Positions 11,618 through 27,062 of a stretch of 64,000 bases of DNA are shown here, one piece after another (the first letter of the stretch is position 1; each line of letters begins with the position of its first letter). The stretch is from NCBI RefSeq assembly GCF_009914755.1, contig NC_060927.1. One strand, given 5' to 3'. Source of the stretch: the human T2T-CHM13v2.0 reference genome, Homo sapiens. A model generated the notes under the pieces. That model was not told the origin of the DNA, did not search any database, and saw only the letters and a list, made by a program, of their open reading frames with translations. The position numbers and the translations under genes are program-made.

Positions 11618-14110
11618 TAATTTATAATGTTGAATGGATGAATAAATAATAACAGTATTTAGTAAAGAATCTGGAGAGAAGTCTATCAACTCAATGGCTT
11701 TATTTAATAAAACTATTACAATATTCTAATTAAACATGCACATAGATAATAGCTACTGTAAAAGTACCAAAGTATTGACTAAAAATATAAGTTGGACTCT
11801 TGATTTATTTCATGGGACAGTTCAAATAAGAGAAATCCAAAGAGCTATTTTCAATGCTTTTCATAACAATACACAAGATCACATTTCATCTGTGGAATTA
11901 GGTGCTGCTATAATCAGGCTCAAAGAGAAGGCAAAAGCATTATACTTTTATGACTGACCAGGAAAACATTCTACCTCCTCCTTCCAAAGAACTAGTGCAA
12001 AACAGTATTAGGAAGTGAGGAGATGAAATAGTTTTATAGTAGCACCTGGGAGCGACTTGAGGAACAGTCCAATGTTGTATTTTAGCCATGGATAAAGATG
12101 GGGCAAAAAAAAATCCTAAAATGAACCTTATATTTATGACTGCTGACAAAGAATTAGACCAGAGGCATAAAAGAAAAGAAAAAAGGCAACTAATAGGTGG
12201 TCGAATTAGAAAAATCTTAGTGTAGAAACCAATCCTAAATTATTAGCAAAAAGATGTCACATGTAGACATACTGTCTCTTAATGTTCCACTTCAGGTAAT
12301 TCAAGAAAACTTTAGCCTTCCAGGTTTGGTTATGAAAATAGAGCAATCAGTCTGCCCAGACACAGAATAGTAGTGCTTCAGATACACAATATGTTTTTAA
12401 AGGTGTGTATGAAGCAAACATTTTACATTAATTCCATTTTATCATTTATCTTCATTAGAATAAGGATGGCATGAAACATATTTGAGGCTTACTTAAAGAG
12501 AAAAAATAAACTTTAGAATTGTAATGGTCATCTCGACATTCACACTTTTTTCGTACAACATCTGCCTAGAGCTCTTCTCAGTCTCCTCAGCCAGAAGCTA
12601 ATCAAACTTCCAACTAATCCACATCATTGGATTGAGACTTCTGCTTCCAGCTATGACAAAATACCTTGTAACAGACCAACACTCCCACTGTGAACAAACA
12701 TAAAAGCTCCATAAAATACAAAACACATATGAATGGATCAGAAAGCAACCACAGCAGCCAGAATATAATGATCCAAGATTCCAAGAAGGAAAACACATTG
12801 AAGTAAATCCTCCACTGCTTTTCCCCTCACAGCATTTGCCAGTTTGTAAGCTGTGCAGGATTGAAAGCAGAAGCAGAAAGTAGGAGCTCAAAACTTTTGA
12901 CAGGCTTGTGAGACTGGGGAAATGAAAATTGAAGTTCAGGATTAGCAAGGTAGTCAGGATATGAGGGGGCTGAGATGGAAGAAAAAAGGGAACCTCAGAC
13001 AAGTGAACCCATCTTTATATGCCACTTTTTGTATTTTAAGTTTTCTAAGCAGTAGTAGGCAAGAGACCTAGAGGCCAAAAGAAAGAAAGAAAAAAAAAAG
13101 GGCAACTAAGAGAGAACAAAATTAAGCAGAGCCTTCAATAGTCTCCAAGGACTGAGAAGACAAAAATTGGAGTTCAGGGCCAGCTAAGGAAGGATACACA
13201 GTCCAGGCTTTTTGTTGAGAACTCTGAAAATCTACAGCCTAGGAATAAGAGCACTCACAAAGACTGAAAATTAGCCTCAGATCACCTCAGTGCCTTACTG
13301 GGTCAAGCTGATCAATTCCCAATTCATGTATTCTCAATAGGAGTGATATTGCTTCCAAGGGAGTGAAGATTGGTCCTTGGATAGTAAGAAAAAAAAAACC
13401 TGGATGTTTAGTTTGTAGCCCTCCAAAGCTCAACTCTACACAACAGGATCATATTCCTTAATACTTATTTTATTTCACTGGGTTTTCTTGGGTATCACAC
13501 GAGCAACATTGACAATAAGCTTACAGGAGATAGACAACATATATGCAAGGTAAGTCCTACAAATCTCAGCCAAATAGTTAGCTGTGATGGGGTGACCTTC
13601 TTTTGATTGATTGTTAAATCTCAAAGTCATATTACCAGAGGTGGCTTGCATGAACCTAAAACATGGCTACTTTACGGATGTTATTTACGTTTGATCCATG
13701 GTGTTTTCACATGTGACTTGGACTTTGAAAATGTAATAAAAATTGCTTATATTTTATAATTATATTCTGTGAAAATTATTCAACCCATCATTAATTATGT
13801 CATGTGCTTAAAAGAACAAGTGTTAATAATATCTGAAGGAGGATTTGGCACTACTTAAGTTAAAAATTATTTTTTCATATCACGTAAAAGTTAAGAAAAA
13901 TTCACTAAAAACAATTTTAAGGAATTATTTTTTCAGTTGTTTTACCTTTGGCAAAAACATTATTTTTAAATGATTTTAATGTGTATTGCTATTATTATTA
14001 TGTATTTATATAAGTTGCTAATTTTGCATACATAATGCATTGAAAGTTGCTCAGCAAACACAGTTGTAAAGTTAAATGTTAAGAGTTTTTTAGTTGTTAA
14101 ATTAACATTT

Positions 14111-14258
14111 AAAAAAATTATTTTATTTTAGGTTCTGGGATACATGTGCAGAACATGCAGGTTTGTTACATACGTAAACATGTGCCACGATGGTTTGCTG
14201 CACCTATCAACCCATCACCTAGGCATTAGGCCCCACATGCATTAGCTATTTGTCCTGA
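14111..14258 (-). mobile_element. Very short L1PA 3' end
   Basis: TACATGTGCAGAACATGCAGGTTTGTTACAT; TSD ATTAACATTT on both sides. Confidence 0.9.
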
Positions 14259-14262
14259 TTAA

Positions 14263-14590
<328 letters not shown>

Positions 14591-15454
14591 TAAATTAACT
14601 TTTAACTTAATTTGTTTATTCAGTCATTCTTAATCATGTATTAAATAAAAAAAGAATAAGCTTTATGCTTACTCTTTTTATGTGTAAAGCACAAATATAG
14701 AGACATTCAAAAACAGATATGCAGTCTATCTGGGGCATGAAATTACAATTTCATGGGAAGAATGCTTAGAAACAAAATGTCTGAAAAGTCTGATTAGTAA
14801 GGTAATAATTTAAAATGCTTAAGAAACGTGTCCTAATCAGTCTTCCAGAGGAAAGCAAAATTTTCACTGGAGGAAGGTAAAATTTTATCCAGAGCCTCTA
14901 AAATTTACCATGGACAATGTCTGGCACCAGGTTAAAAATTACCAGTTGTGAAAAGAATGCAATATTAAAACCACAAAGAAAAAATATATAAATACACTAG
15001 AAACAGGCCCATAGATAAAAATAAATATTGGCACTATTAGACATAGGTTTAAAATTACTATGCCAAATATATTCAGAAAATAGGTGACAAGATGGGAAAT
15101 TTCACTTATGAACTGGAATCTATAGGAAACAATGAAATAGGAATTTTAGAACTAAAAATGTAATAACTGAAATCGTTGACTCAATACATAGTTTAACAGC
15201 AGATACAGCAGAATAAGAGATAACAGAAACAGTAGTAATACTTGAAGAGATACTGGCAAAGAATTCTTTATATCAGATCAAATACATCAAGGCACTGATT
15301 TAAGAAGCTATACAAACCCCAAGTAGGATAAATACAAAGAAAAGAATACCTGGGTTTTGTTAGTAACACTACCGAAAGTGAAAGAAGTTAGAGGGGGGAC
15401 AAAATAACACCTTGCATTTACAGGAACAACTATAAGAATAAGAGCTGGAGTTTT

Positions 15455-16025
15455 GTTTGTTGTGTTTTAACTTTTTATTGACACATAATATTTGTACATA
15501 TTTATGAGGTACATGTTATTTTTTCACATGCATAGAATGAACAGTGATAAAGTCAGAGTGTTTATGGTACCTTGAACATTTATAATTTTTATGTGCTGGG
15601 AGCTCTTTAAGTCCTCTCTTCCATCTATTTTGAAATATATAAAACCTTGTTAATTATAGTCACCCTAATCTGCTATTAATCATTAGAATTTATTCATTCT
15701 TACTATATATTTGTACCTGTTAACCAACTTCTCTTCATCCCCTCCACTCACACACCATTCCCAGACTCTAGTAACTATTTTTCTACTCTACCTCCATGAG
15801 ACCAACTTTTTTTTAGCTCCCACACATGAGTGAGAGAACATGAAATATTTGTATTTTTGTGCCTGGCTTATTTCACTGATCATAATGACCTCTAGTTCCA
15901 TCCATGTTGCTGCAAATGACAAGAATGTATTCTTTTTTATGGCAAAGTAGTATTCCATTGTGTATATATACATAATTGTCTTTATACATTTGTCTATTGA
16001 TAGACACTGAGGTGTTTCCAAATTA
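15455..16025 (-). mobile_element. L1MA 3' end
   Basis: Minus-strand translation EYYFAIKKN..FAATWMELEVIMISEISQAQK; TTTGTACATATTTATG.GGTACA. Confidence 0.88.
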
Positions 16026-16472
16026 TTGAAACAGCTAAAAGAATGGCAGCTGAAGTTTTAACAAAAATAGTGGAAGATGGGTTATGAATGACATCTTCAA
16101 ATGCTAAAGAAAAAGTAAATTTTGGGGAATTCTACATGTCTCAGTTAAAAGTGTTAACCGTATATTAGAAAAAGTGTAAACTGATACCACAGGAATATTA
16201 AAAGTTGTTTTGTAGAGGTTCTTATGCAGACAGGTAACTGTCAACTGAAGGTTTCTATGAGCTCAGTTTATGCAAAGGAAATAAACAAATTCCTATTGTC
16301 ATCCCTTTCCTTACACACAGATCCAAGCCCATCTTTTTCAGTTCAGAATATAACTATTGTTCTTGACCTGATTCTCATATGCATCCCAACACGTAATTCC
16401 TCAAACACCTTAGTAACTTACATACTAACATACAAACACATATACCTGTCATCCAATTTATCTAAATATATT

Positions 16473-16846
16473 TGATATGGTCTTTCTCTGTGTCTTCACC
16501 AAAATCTCATCTTGAATTGTAATGTGAATTGTAATACCCATGTGTTGGGGGAAGGACCTCACGGGAGGTGATTAGATCATGGGGGTGGTCTCCCCATGCT
16601 GTTCTCGTGATAGTGAGTTCTCATGAGATCTGATGGTTTTATAAGGGGCTTTTCCCCACTTCCCTCATTCTTCTCCTTCCTGATGCTATGTAAAGAAGGA
16701 CATGTTTGCTTCCCCTTCCACCATGATTGTAAGTTTTCTGAGGCCTCCCCAACCCTGAAGAACTGTGAGTCAATTAAACCTCTTTCCTTTATAAATTACC
16801 CAGTCTCAGGCAGTTCTTTATAACAACAAGATAACAGACTAATATA
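16473..16846 (+). mobile_element. MSTA/THE1D-type solo LTR
   Basis: TGATATGG...CATGATTGTAAGTTT...ATTAAACCTCTTTCCTTTATAAATTACCCAGTCTC...GACTAATA. Confidence 0.9.
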
Positions 16847-17236
16847 TTATCTTAACATAAATTTTTTATATCTTGTAAAAAACCACAAAAGTAATAACAG
16901 TAGAATAATTGTATTGTTGGTGGCACAAAATCTATTACTTCTCTTACACTGACATCTCCTTAAAAAAATAGTAACCTCTTCTCCAGGTCCTTATCTCTCT
17001 AATCCAGATTACTACATTGGACTATTATTCTGTGTTGTTTTCTTCATATATCTACTCCTCAGAGGCACCTGAATGAAGATATGACATCACATTATTCATA
17101 CTTAATTCCTTGCCTTGGGATAAATTCCAAGTTCATTAATATAGCATGAAAGCCCATTTTATCAGCTAAGCCTTGATTAATTCTCCTTTTTTTCCCTTTA
17201 GTCTTTGGAGCTACTTTTAGTTACCCTATACTCCAC

Positions 17237-17241
<5 letters not shown>

Positions 17242-17278
<37 letters not shown>

Positions 17279-17281
17279 CAC
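17242..17281. repeat. (CA)n microsatellite
   Basis: About 20 CA units with one CG interruption. Confidence 0.95.
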
Positions 17282-20199
17282 TCCATATCCTGTTCATAAT
17301 ATTCTCTCTAGCAGGACTAGCTTCTCCTGCTTCCTCACAAAGCTAAATCATACGCATCCTTAAAAAAACCCGTTTAGGTGCTATGCTCAAGTGGCCTATT
17401 ATGAAGTTTTACATTAGGGTATAGTACTTTTCTCCATATTCTCTTTATACACTATATTGAAATTTATAAATAAATTTATGTATACATAACAGTATACATA
17501 TGTTCCCATTCTACTAGAATATAATCATCTTTAGCTCAAGGGTACTAGAGCCAGTAGGTATCTCAGCAATCAGAAGACTGTAGATCCTCAATATGTGTTA
17601 AAATGAGAATAATGTAGCTCCCAAGAAAACATAAGATCTAAAATGTAGGCTCATTGGCCATATTAAATTTAGAATATTCAGTGGCACTTTGAAATTGCCA
17701 AAATCTTCTCTGGACCTAGATATCAAATTATTTGTTACATGGGTTATATTCTTCTCTGGTTGAATTCCATGACTGAAAAGATTAGATGGCAAATGCCAGC
17801 GTATAGCAAACATCATCTGTTGCCAAATCATAACTGATTCATTTGTAACTATGGGCTTCAAAGAGGAAGGCAGGTGAAGGCTCTCATTCATTTGAAGGCA
17901 AGCTCTTTGTGCCTTTTTTTCTTTTAAAATCTGAATTGCTTACCTGTTCCTGTTCCTTACCTGTTCATCCTGTTCCCACATATCTGATTTTACTCTAATT
18001 ATCTAGAGTGGAAGTCAGCCTTGTTTTAAGATTTGGATTGCCACATAACTCCCAATCCTGCCACTCATTGTCCTGCCCTTATGCAGAACAGCTGTCTTGC
18101 TATGAAACAAAAGTTTCGATACTTTCTTTAACACAGCAGTGTCTGATTTGACTTCCTAAGCATCAGTACTGGATCCTGACCTTGAAGTTCAACAAATAGT
18201 TCATGGAAGATAAAAAAGGGGTCTATTTCCTGAATAAGTGTATCTTTTCTTGATTAAAACCATTCTCTTGACAAATACTCACTAGACATTGAATAACATA
18301 ATAAAAATAGTTTCCTATAACAAAATTGTTTAACTTCTTCAGACACAGTGGAGGAAAAAAGAAGACAGATAGAAAATAACTTCCTAGTAAAATTTGATAT
18401 AACTATGAGGCTACTTTTAAACCTTCAAAAGACTTGGTTACTTTTCCAGATTTGACCTTTCCCAATTTTGGATACACACTGTACAATAATTCCCATGGTG
18501 CAATTTAACAACATTGAGTGCCCTCTGAATACCTAGTACTGAAATTGACCTAGGGTTCTGAAATATATTAACCCACTGAAGGTAAGAGAATATAGTTTGA
18601 AAGAACTTCATAGTCAGTGTCATGATGGAATTTTACAAATACTAATTTTCCAAATTCAAAAATATGATATTTATTAATTCAATAAATGTTTATTAAGCAT
18701 AATTTGATCTAGGCTTTGTGCAGGATACAGGGATATAAAAATGAACAAGGTATGTACTTCTCCTCATAGACCTACAGATATAGATAACTAAATAAATAAC
18801 CAAAAATTATATAAGTGATAAGGAAAAAATACAGTGTTCCAACTACATATAGCAACAACACATAACCTGGCTTAGGGGTTATCTGGAAGGAAGTGTTTCC
18901 TAAGAAGGCATGAAGAATAAGAAGGATAATGTAAGTTCAATAGAAAGGACAAGGAGTAAACATCAAAATTATATCTGGCTAAACAGTGGGATCAATTAAG
19001 AACCGTGATAAAAATTAGAGTAACTTACAGAAAACTTCTGAAAGAGAAACTTACTCTGACAGGTGTTGATTTAGAAAATCACTTTTTCTCATCTATGCTC
19101 AGAGATAGCTTGGATTTTTACCCCAAAAGGAAAGACCGAGCTTTCATAATATGAAAATTATGTTTCTCAGCATTGCTGAAGATAGATTATGTGAGGGGAA
19201 ATTCCATTATCTCAGCCAACACAAATGTTCAAGAATTCTAGCTATAAAAAAACGCTAATCATTCTAATTACCCAGATGTTGTTCCTTTGGATAAAAAAAA
19301 AAAAAAAAAAAGGAGAAGAAGAAAGAGGTCGGGGGTGGCTGAGAGCCCTGATATCACTGCCATACAGTCTCTATGACGGAAAATAACTAGTCCAGGGAAG
19401 AATAAAATGGCCTGTCTTACTACCTAAGCTTTGTCCACCGAATGAAATGTTAGCTAATAGAAGTGGCTGTCATCTGCTGTACAGAGTGGAGAGGGAGGTG
19501 AGAGGGACATATCACAACTTACATGTGAATCGACACCATTCAGACATGTCTGTCCTGGCTCTCAACCCTCTTTTCAGCCTGGAATGGAAGTTGATGTATA
19601 TAAATCTTCCCTAATGGATAGGGTTGTCCACAGTTTGCCATGCAATTCTCTGACAAGAGATTCAACATTCTGTCTGACAAGAAAAACAAAATCAGAACTT
19701 TCTGCTTATTCACCCTGACTCCCTGTCTCCTGATAATTTTTGCTTCCTCTGCTCCAGTTCCTACCCACAAACCCAATTATGATCAAATCTACCATTCAGT
19801 GAGAAAGAAAACATGGTAAAAAATAATCAAATTTTAAAACTTCATTTGTCCCTTTCTGGATTACCCAGGGATTTGTGTAAATTATGCCTGATGACCTGTA
19901 ACAGTATTTTTAATTTTCTAAAGCCACGTGACACTTTCTTCAAACAAAACGTTTTGAGCAAGTCCCTGTATAAAACAGATGAAGTAATGCTGCTTTGGTT
20001 CAGCTCTAGCTGAACCTTCTCTAGGGACTTCTCTAGTCCCTTCTCTAGGGATTCTAAAGTCTAGGCAGTTTCATCACCCTGAGCTAGGCGCCAGGGAGCC
20101 ATAGTCCTATAAAGAACCCATCTCAGATCCATGAGGACTGTCCCACCTGTGTCTCTTATTCTTGCTTGCTTCAGTCACCACTGTTAGCAGTGGACCTTA

Positions 20200-21600
20200 C
20201 TGGATATTTGTTTTCACCCAGACTCATCTCCAAATTTTCCAGTTCATCTCCCATTCAGACCCAATCTTTATCCTCTCCTCACTTCCTCAAGCTGCTTTCT
20301 ACTGTTCATTTCTCAGAACATTTCCTTTACTTCCTTATCTTAGCTGAAACCTACTTTTCCTCTGAGAACAAAATTTTTCTATAACCTCAAGCAGTGATTG
20401 TGTTCTCTCTTCTATACCTCATTACCTCAAGGCCAGAAAGTGAGGCTAGTGTCCTCCTTGCTTGCCCTTGTGGCTTCTAGACTATCGCCTCCTTGTCCCT
20501 CATAAAAACCACTACTCCTTTAAGATGTCCACCATCTTGATAAATCATGGTCTTACCTTACTGGCTACAGTTACCTCCCTATCTCCTTGTCACTTCCTTT
20601 ATTTCATGAAAAACGTTACCACATAACTCCTCTCCACCACAACTGTTGCCATTATTCATAGTGAATTCAACATCCACATTAACGAATCATTCAACCTGCT
20701 TCTCCTTTCCTTCAAGGCTCCATTTTCTCCACATCCTCTCACCAATTCAAGTACATTGTCAAGGGCACACTCCAGACCTTGTACTTATGAGAAACTCAGT
20801 TTTAAACATTCTAATATTTAATTACTACTTCTAATCCCTCCTTCCCCCACCCCCATTTGCTCTGATACTCATATTGCCACAATTCTTTCATTTCCTACAT
20901 ATACCATTTATCCTCCTCTGTCTCCTTTTTTGCTTATCTGTCATTGTTTACATTCTCTTTGCAAATGCTCTCACCTCCCTCTATTAGAGTCACTTGGCAA
21001 AACTCCACCTCTGAGTGTATTACATATACCATTAACCTTTCCTGTACTTGTGCCTAAACAGCTAAACATCGCTGCTAAAAATTTCCGCAAAAATCACACC
21101 TTTAATCCTCTAACTCATTTTAATTGCATAATCATAAACCTTAAATAATAACTCAATAATGTCCAGCAATCCCACCCTAGTGTGCTAGAAAATTCAGTTT
21201 TATTCATCAAGAAAATTTTCATACTTTTCACTCTCTCCTCAAAGTCCCTACAATCCCCTTTTCATTTACAGTCAGCTGAAGACGTTACCTCAGATTTTGT
21301 TAGGAAAGACAAGGGCAAGTCACCAACATGGACTCTCTTCATTTTCTTATCACTGGATCTGTTTGTAAACCCACCAGTGTCCACACCCCCCTTCCTCCTG
21401 CTACAACAAAAGTAGCCCTCATGCCATCAAAGCCCAGTTCCACATAGTTTCTGTAGGTTCTATTCATTCTCACCATCTCAAAGACACTAATTATTCAGTT
21501 GTTCTTCTTCCTCCAACCTGAATCCCAGCATTTCAGTCACAAACTCTGAAAAGATCTATATACATATGTTTCCTCCAGTTCCTTCCTGCACTTCTCAACC
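20200..21600 (+). mobile_element. L2 internal fragment covering the APE endonuclease domain
   Basis: Decayed motifs AET (about 20343, for TETW), SEFNIH (20660, for GDFNIH) and GHTPDLV (20763, for GHTLDL) in the expected order; C/T-rich L2 composition. Confidence 0.7.
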
Positions 21601-21770
21601 TATTATAGTAAAAATAGGTTATAAATCAAAGTACAGGGTATTATATCTTCTTTAAAAAGAATGTATCCATATGTATACATAAATTGAAAGGGTAGACATC
21701 AGAAAAGATCTAGTTCCTTCCAAGGGATGGGATTACACCTACTTATTTTCTTAATGCTTAAAGAAATCTT

Positions 21771-22141
<371 letters not shown>

Positions 22142-23724
22142 TTAGCTAGAATTCTGATTTGCAAAGCAATTTCCTGCATATTTTGTGAATGCATGTCATG
22201 TCACTAATAACCAAGTGATCTTGGAACAGAGGCAACCGCAAAAAGATTCAGGACTACCCACCCTCACAATTCTAGCAAGACTTATTGCTAACACTTTATT
22301 TAGCTATTCCATATTCGATTTCAGTGATCTGCTATCCATATGCTCGCTGCCATGACTGCCATCCTTCTTTGGAAGTAATCTCTTAGAAAGCCTCAGCCCT
22401 CAGGCTAGATTTTTGATGCCCTGGTAGGCAGCTTTAAAGAGTGTGTAAATGAATAATACTCTTTGAGAATAGTGAATAGCACAAGAGAAACAAGCCAATT
22501 ACATTATTGAAATATTAAAGAGAATAAAATTTTGTGATAATAGGAACAAAATACAGGTAAGAAAGAGTGTATTCTTTGGAGGAAGTAGGGAGATAGAGGC
22601 ACAAAAAAAACATGAAGGTTTTCTTTTAATTTCTTGGGTCATTGGTGAAGAGAGGGTAGTGGGGACATTTTCTTGCACTAAATTTATGGCTGAAGCTGTT
22701 TGTAGCTCACAGATGATGACTCCTTCAAATGTTTCTTTCGCTATTTCTCATTCTTTAACACTTTTATTTCTCCACACAGGAATGGCAAGGTGCTATCATT
22801 CTTTAATTTGGGTGCCTCTCTGGGATGCCTTCGCTTCCTTCCCCACTCTGATTTTAATGCTTCCATGATTGGCCATTTCAGGCAGAAAACATGTTGTGAG
22901 ATTTTTCACATCATAGCTCTATTAAATCAATCCTATTTGAACTCTTCCTTCTCATCACTTCACTGAAAATAACCTCCTGAGGATTGGAGGGTTTGAAAAG
23001 GGCAAGAAGCTTTAGCTATTGCTTGAAGAAAACTTTGTGTATAAAGGAAATATCACACAGAACTACTTGCATTCACATATCATGTTTACATGTCCATTTA
23101 GGGCTGCTTTCAGAGGTCATCTGTCATAATGGCTGAACGGGGAACTGGCTGTAATGGAAAATAAGCTGAAATATACTTTATAGGACAAGGAGAAGAAGAT
23201 GCTACCCATGGTTAATGATAACAGCAATACAAATACAAAACTACGTCTGAATGCCACTAAACTGTTTAGGATTCAAAGAAGCAGATATAAGAATTCCTAC
23301 AAATATTTATCACAGGATATCTACTTTCCAACTAAAGGAATTAATTCTTCCTTTTTTCCCTACTCCTACCCTAACCTTACATATAAAAATTAAAAAAAAT
23401 TAATGCCAACACATTTAAATGATTGGAATAGCAGCTTCCCAGAGTTACCTACTACAGACAGCCCTCCATTTTCATGGGCAAGATCCCCTTATCCAATGAA
23501 TGCAAACTTTGCTCAACAATTGAGACTCCTACACACATCACCTGACAATAATATCAATAATACTATGCAATTGTAATGCATGTTTATGGCCTACTGTTTT
23601 CAATAATGACAAGAATAAAATTTTTGTCACTGTTCCAATCTCTCTATCAAAATCTACTACTGCAGTATGTGAAAAGTTTTGTAACATTTTTCTCAGCCAT
23701 ACAGGATGGTCTGAAACTCTAAGT

Positions 23725-24028
23725 TTTTTGTTATTTATTTATTTTTTTCCTTTGAGACAAGGTGTCACTCTTCCACCCAGGCTGGAGTGCAGTGACATGA
23801 TCAAATCATAGCTCCTTGCAACTATGAACTCCTGGGCTCAAGTGATCCTCCCACCTCAGCCTTCTGAGAAGCTGGAACTACAGGTGCCCACCACCATGCC
23901 CAGCTAATTTTTTAATTTTTTGTAAAGGCAGAGTTTTGCTTTGTTGCAAAGGCTAGTCTCAAACTCCTGACCTCAAGTGATCCTCTCACCCTGACCTCCC
24001 AAAGCACTGGAATTACAGACATGAGCCA
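23725..24028 (-). mobile_element. AluJ
   Basis: Antisense dimer; TSD CTAAGTTTTT. Confidence 0.92.
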
Positions 24029-24655
24029 AAACACTAAGTTTTTAAGGAAAATTAATACTCCCAGGTCAATGCTACAGCTTTGAGCCTCATTCTGAGCCTA
24101 GGGTCTTCTCCGTCATTTATTTCTTTATTTCGTATCATTATATCCCCCCATTCTCTTTCCTTTTATGATTATTTTCAACACCCTATCAGACTAGAGTCCC
24201 TAAAGTAACCCAATGCAATTATTTGTGTTTCATAGTTAATATGTTCCATAATGTGCATGAATACACTATCCCAAATCATCTCCATAATTATATGAGGCAG
24301 ACAGTCCTTGAATGAACCTGGTTTTCCAGACTACAAAATCCAGAGAAGAAACGAGTCCAAGGATGTGGATGCAACATGTTGCACACCAGCATTATGACCC
24401 ATTATGCCCATCTCTAACTGTGTGCGCTGTTCCTGACCAAGTCACCATGACTATGCACACACTACCCTATGTCAGTTACTAAAACCAGTGTGTTAAGACC
24501 TCCACATGTAAATCAACAATCTAGTCATTAGAAGAGGAAGACTTAAAGTGAAGAAAAAAGTGCATCTTGAGTTTAGTATATAAGTCTGAAATGTATGGGC
24601 ATGAACATTGAAAAGCAAACTTAGATATTAAATAAATAGCACTTTAAAAGTGTTC

Positions 24656-24878
24656 TAAATGATGAGAACACATGGACACGAAGAAGGGAACAACACGCAC
24701 TAGGGCCTTTCAGAAGGTGGAGGGCGGGAGGAGGGAGAAGATCAGGGAAAATAACTAACGTGTATTAGGCTTAATACCTCAGTGATGAAATAATGTGTAC
24801 AACAAACCCCCATGACACAAGCTTACCTATGTAACAAACCTGCACTTGTACTCCTGAACTTAAAATAAAAGTTAAAGA
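24656..24878 (+). mobile_element. L1PA (about PA13-PA15) 3' end
   Basis: ATGAGAACACATGGACAC...AACAAACCCCCATGACAC...CTTAAAATAAAAGTTAAA; TSD AAAGTGTT. Confidence 0.9.
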
Positions 24879-26209
24879 AAGTGTTTAAAGATGTCCCAAT
24901 ATAGACCATAGTATTAATTTTTCTTCAAATTGCACTTTACTCCTACCAGAATTCATAAAATGAAATAACTAGTATTTAGCTTTGAAAGTTGAATGCCATA
25001 TTAAATAATACATTTAACTTAAAAAATGAAATATGCATATTAATCTCCAAGTCCAGAACACTTACGTATGTGACTAAGAATTTAATACTTCTCTTGGAAA
25101 CTTTACATGGGACTTTATATATACCACTGGACACAGTTACAACAACTGTAGGAAAGACCTGTGTCTAGGGTCCCTACCTGACAAACGTAACACTATTTTA
25201 TCAGCAGACATTCTGAGTAAAGTAGGAGGAGTGAGTGCTTGGAAGGCACCTCGTAAATTCAGGAGACATCCACAGGTGTAATGGTGTCAGAACAACTACT
25301 ATCATTTCCAATTTTTATAAGGACTGGCCTTTCATTTTTATTATATACTTGGGAGTTGGGAGCTCATACAGAAACATAATATTCAAGGTATTTTCAGGTC
25401 ATTTTTAGTGGACACATATGACTTAGCAGAAAGAAAATTAGACTTGATGGCAGAAGACCCTTTGTTCTAGTTTTGGCTTTGACTCTAAACAATTTCTTGT
25501 CTGTGAAACTAGGGGACTGTTCTTTCCAGCTCCTGTAGCTTTTGTGATTTAAGTGATATACTTGTTAGTTCTTTTTTTAAGACTCCTTTAAAGCCAACAG
25601 AATCTGGGGTAAGTGTGGCAGCAATGTGGGAGGGGCCCATGGGAGAGCATGTTTTAATTAAAGAATCAGGAGGAGAAAGAGACAAAACAAAACTGGACCA
25701 CTTCCAAATACTAAATAAGAGAGGTTTGCCACACTCCAGTTCTGTTTATTGTTTATAGCTTTCAGATCCACAATCAGTCCAACATAGACTAGCAGATAAA
25801 AAATCTTTCTACTTATAATCCTTGGTTCTACTGAGTTATTTTTTACTATGGTAAGTGCCTAAAACCAGTAAACACGGACTATATTCAATGTAATAACAGA
25901 GAAATTGAAATATTATTGTATTACTCAAATGAAATGACATGTTCAATTAATTTAATCAAAATAAAGTTGTTTATTTACACCACTATCTAGCATGTTATTT
26001 TAAAATTATTTATTCATGAGGCACATAAAACAAAGCAAGAATAAATATATTGCTGTTACACAAAGAACTCTCAAGAGATATGAGAAACTGGCCTGGAAAA
26101 TATTTGCCAAAGCTCTTCAAACTTCAGGACAGGGTGTCTAATTTCCAAACACTGTAAACATCCTCAAATAACAATCATCTAGAATACTGTCTTTTTTAAG
26201 AAGACATGT

Positions 26210-26298
26210 AATGTTTACCTATATAACAAACCTGCACATCCTGCACATGTACCCAGAACTTAAAATAAAAGTTGAAGAAAAATAAAAATATAAAAAAA
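26210..26298 (+). mobile_element. Tiny L1PA 3' end
   Basis: TTTACCTATATAACAAACCTGCACATCCTGCACATGTACCC; degenerate TSD AAG(A/T)AGA(CA/TG)TGTAAT. Confidence 0.85.
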
Positions 26299-26559
26299 GT
26301 AGATGTGTAATCTTGGATTATTTTTCTTTCACATGCTATAATGAATGAAGGCAATATTGTTTATTTTTAAATTCCAGTTCTAAAGCTGATCACTTCTATT
26401 CAAAAAGACAAATAAATTAACCATCCATAAGAATGGAGATATGGTCATAGTCCTCCAGACAATGGTAAGTTGGGTGAATGTTGTGGTCTATAAAGTACAA
26501 GAAATCAGACTTTTTGCTAAGACCAGTTTGCTGGAAAACTCAGAAGGGAGACTGTAGGG

Positions 26560-27062
26560 CAGCACTGTCCAAAATAAATACAATGTGAGATATACGTAAT
26601 TTTAAACTTTCTAGCAGCCTCATTAAAAAAATTACAAAGAAATATGATTAACTTTAATAGTATATTTTCTTAGATAAAATACATCAAAAATATTACCACT
26701 TCAACATATAATCAATATAAAATTATTAACGCAATATTTTACATTATTTTTTCATAAGTCTTTGAAATCTAGTATATGGTTTACACATAGAGCACACCTC
26801 AGTTTGGTAATGCTAAATTTTAATTAGAAATATTTGATGTGTATTTATATTTCATAAAATTTAGAGCTGGGAACGTAAATTCACATACCTAAATTGTTTT
26901 GAGCGTACTTTAAAAGTTTTCCAATAACTGAATCAAGTTTTAAAAATTTAAGTTAATTAAAATTGAATAAAATTAAAAATTCAATTCCTCAAGTCCCAGT
27001 AGCTACATTTTAATTATTCAATAGCCACATGTGGTGGGTGGCTACAGTATTAAACAGTGCAG
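26560..27062. mobile_element. hAT MER33/MER3/Charlie5-group element
   Basis: CAGCACTGTCCAA ... TCAATAGCCACATGTGG...GTGGCTAC..TATTAAACAGTGCAG termini. Confidence 0.8.

Noticed and set aside
12598-13002. Longest ORF (134 aa, hydrophobic)
   Set aside because: Antisense to an old L1M region; low-complexity Leu/Phe/Ser composition; no family resemblance
17938-17977. CTTACCTGTTC repeated, giving two minus-strand CAG|GTAAG donors
   Set aside because: Short slippage repeat; no convincing partner acceptor identified
19293-19312. Isolated poly(A) run suggesting a processed pseudogene tail
   Set aside because: No upstream AATAAA at the right spacing, no TSD and no recognisable mRNA-like sequence
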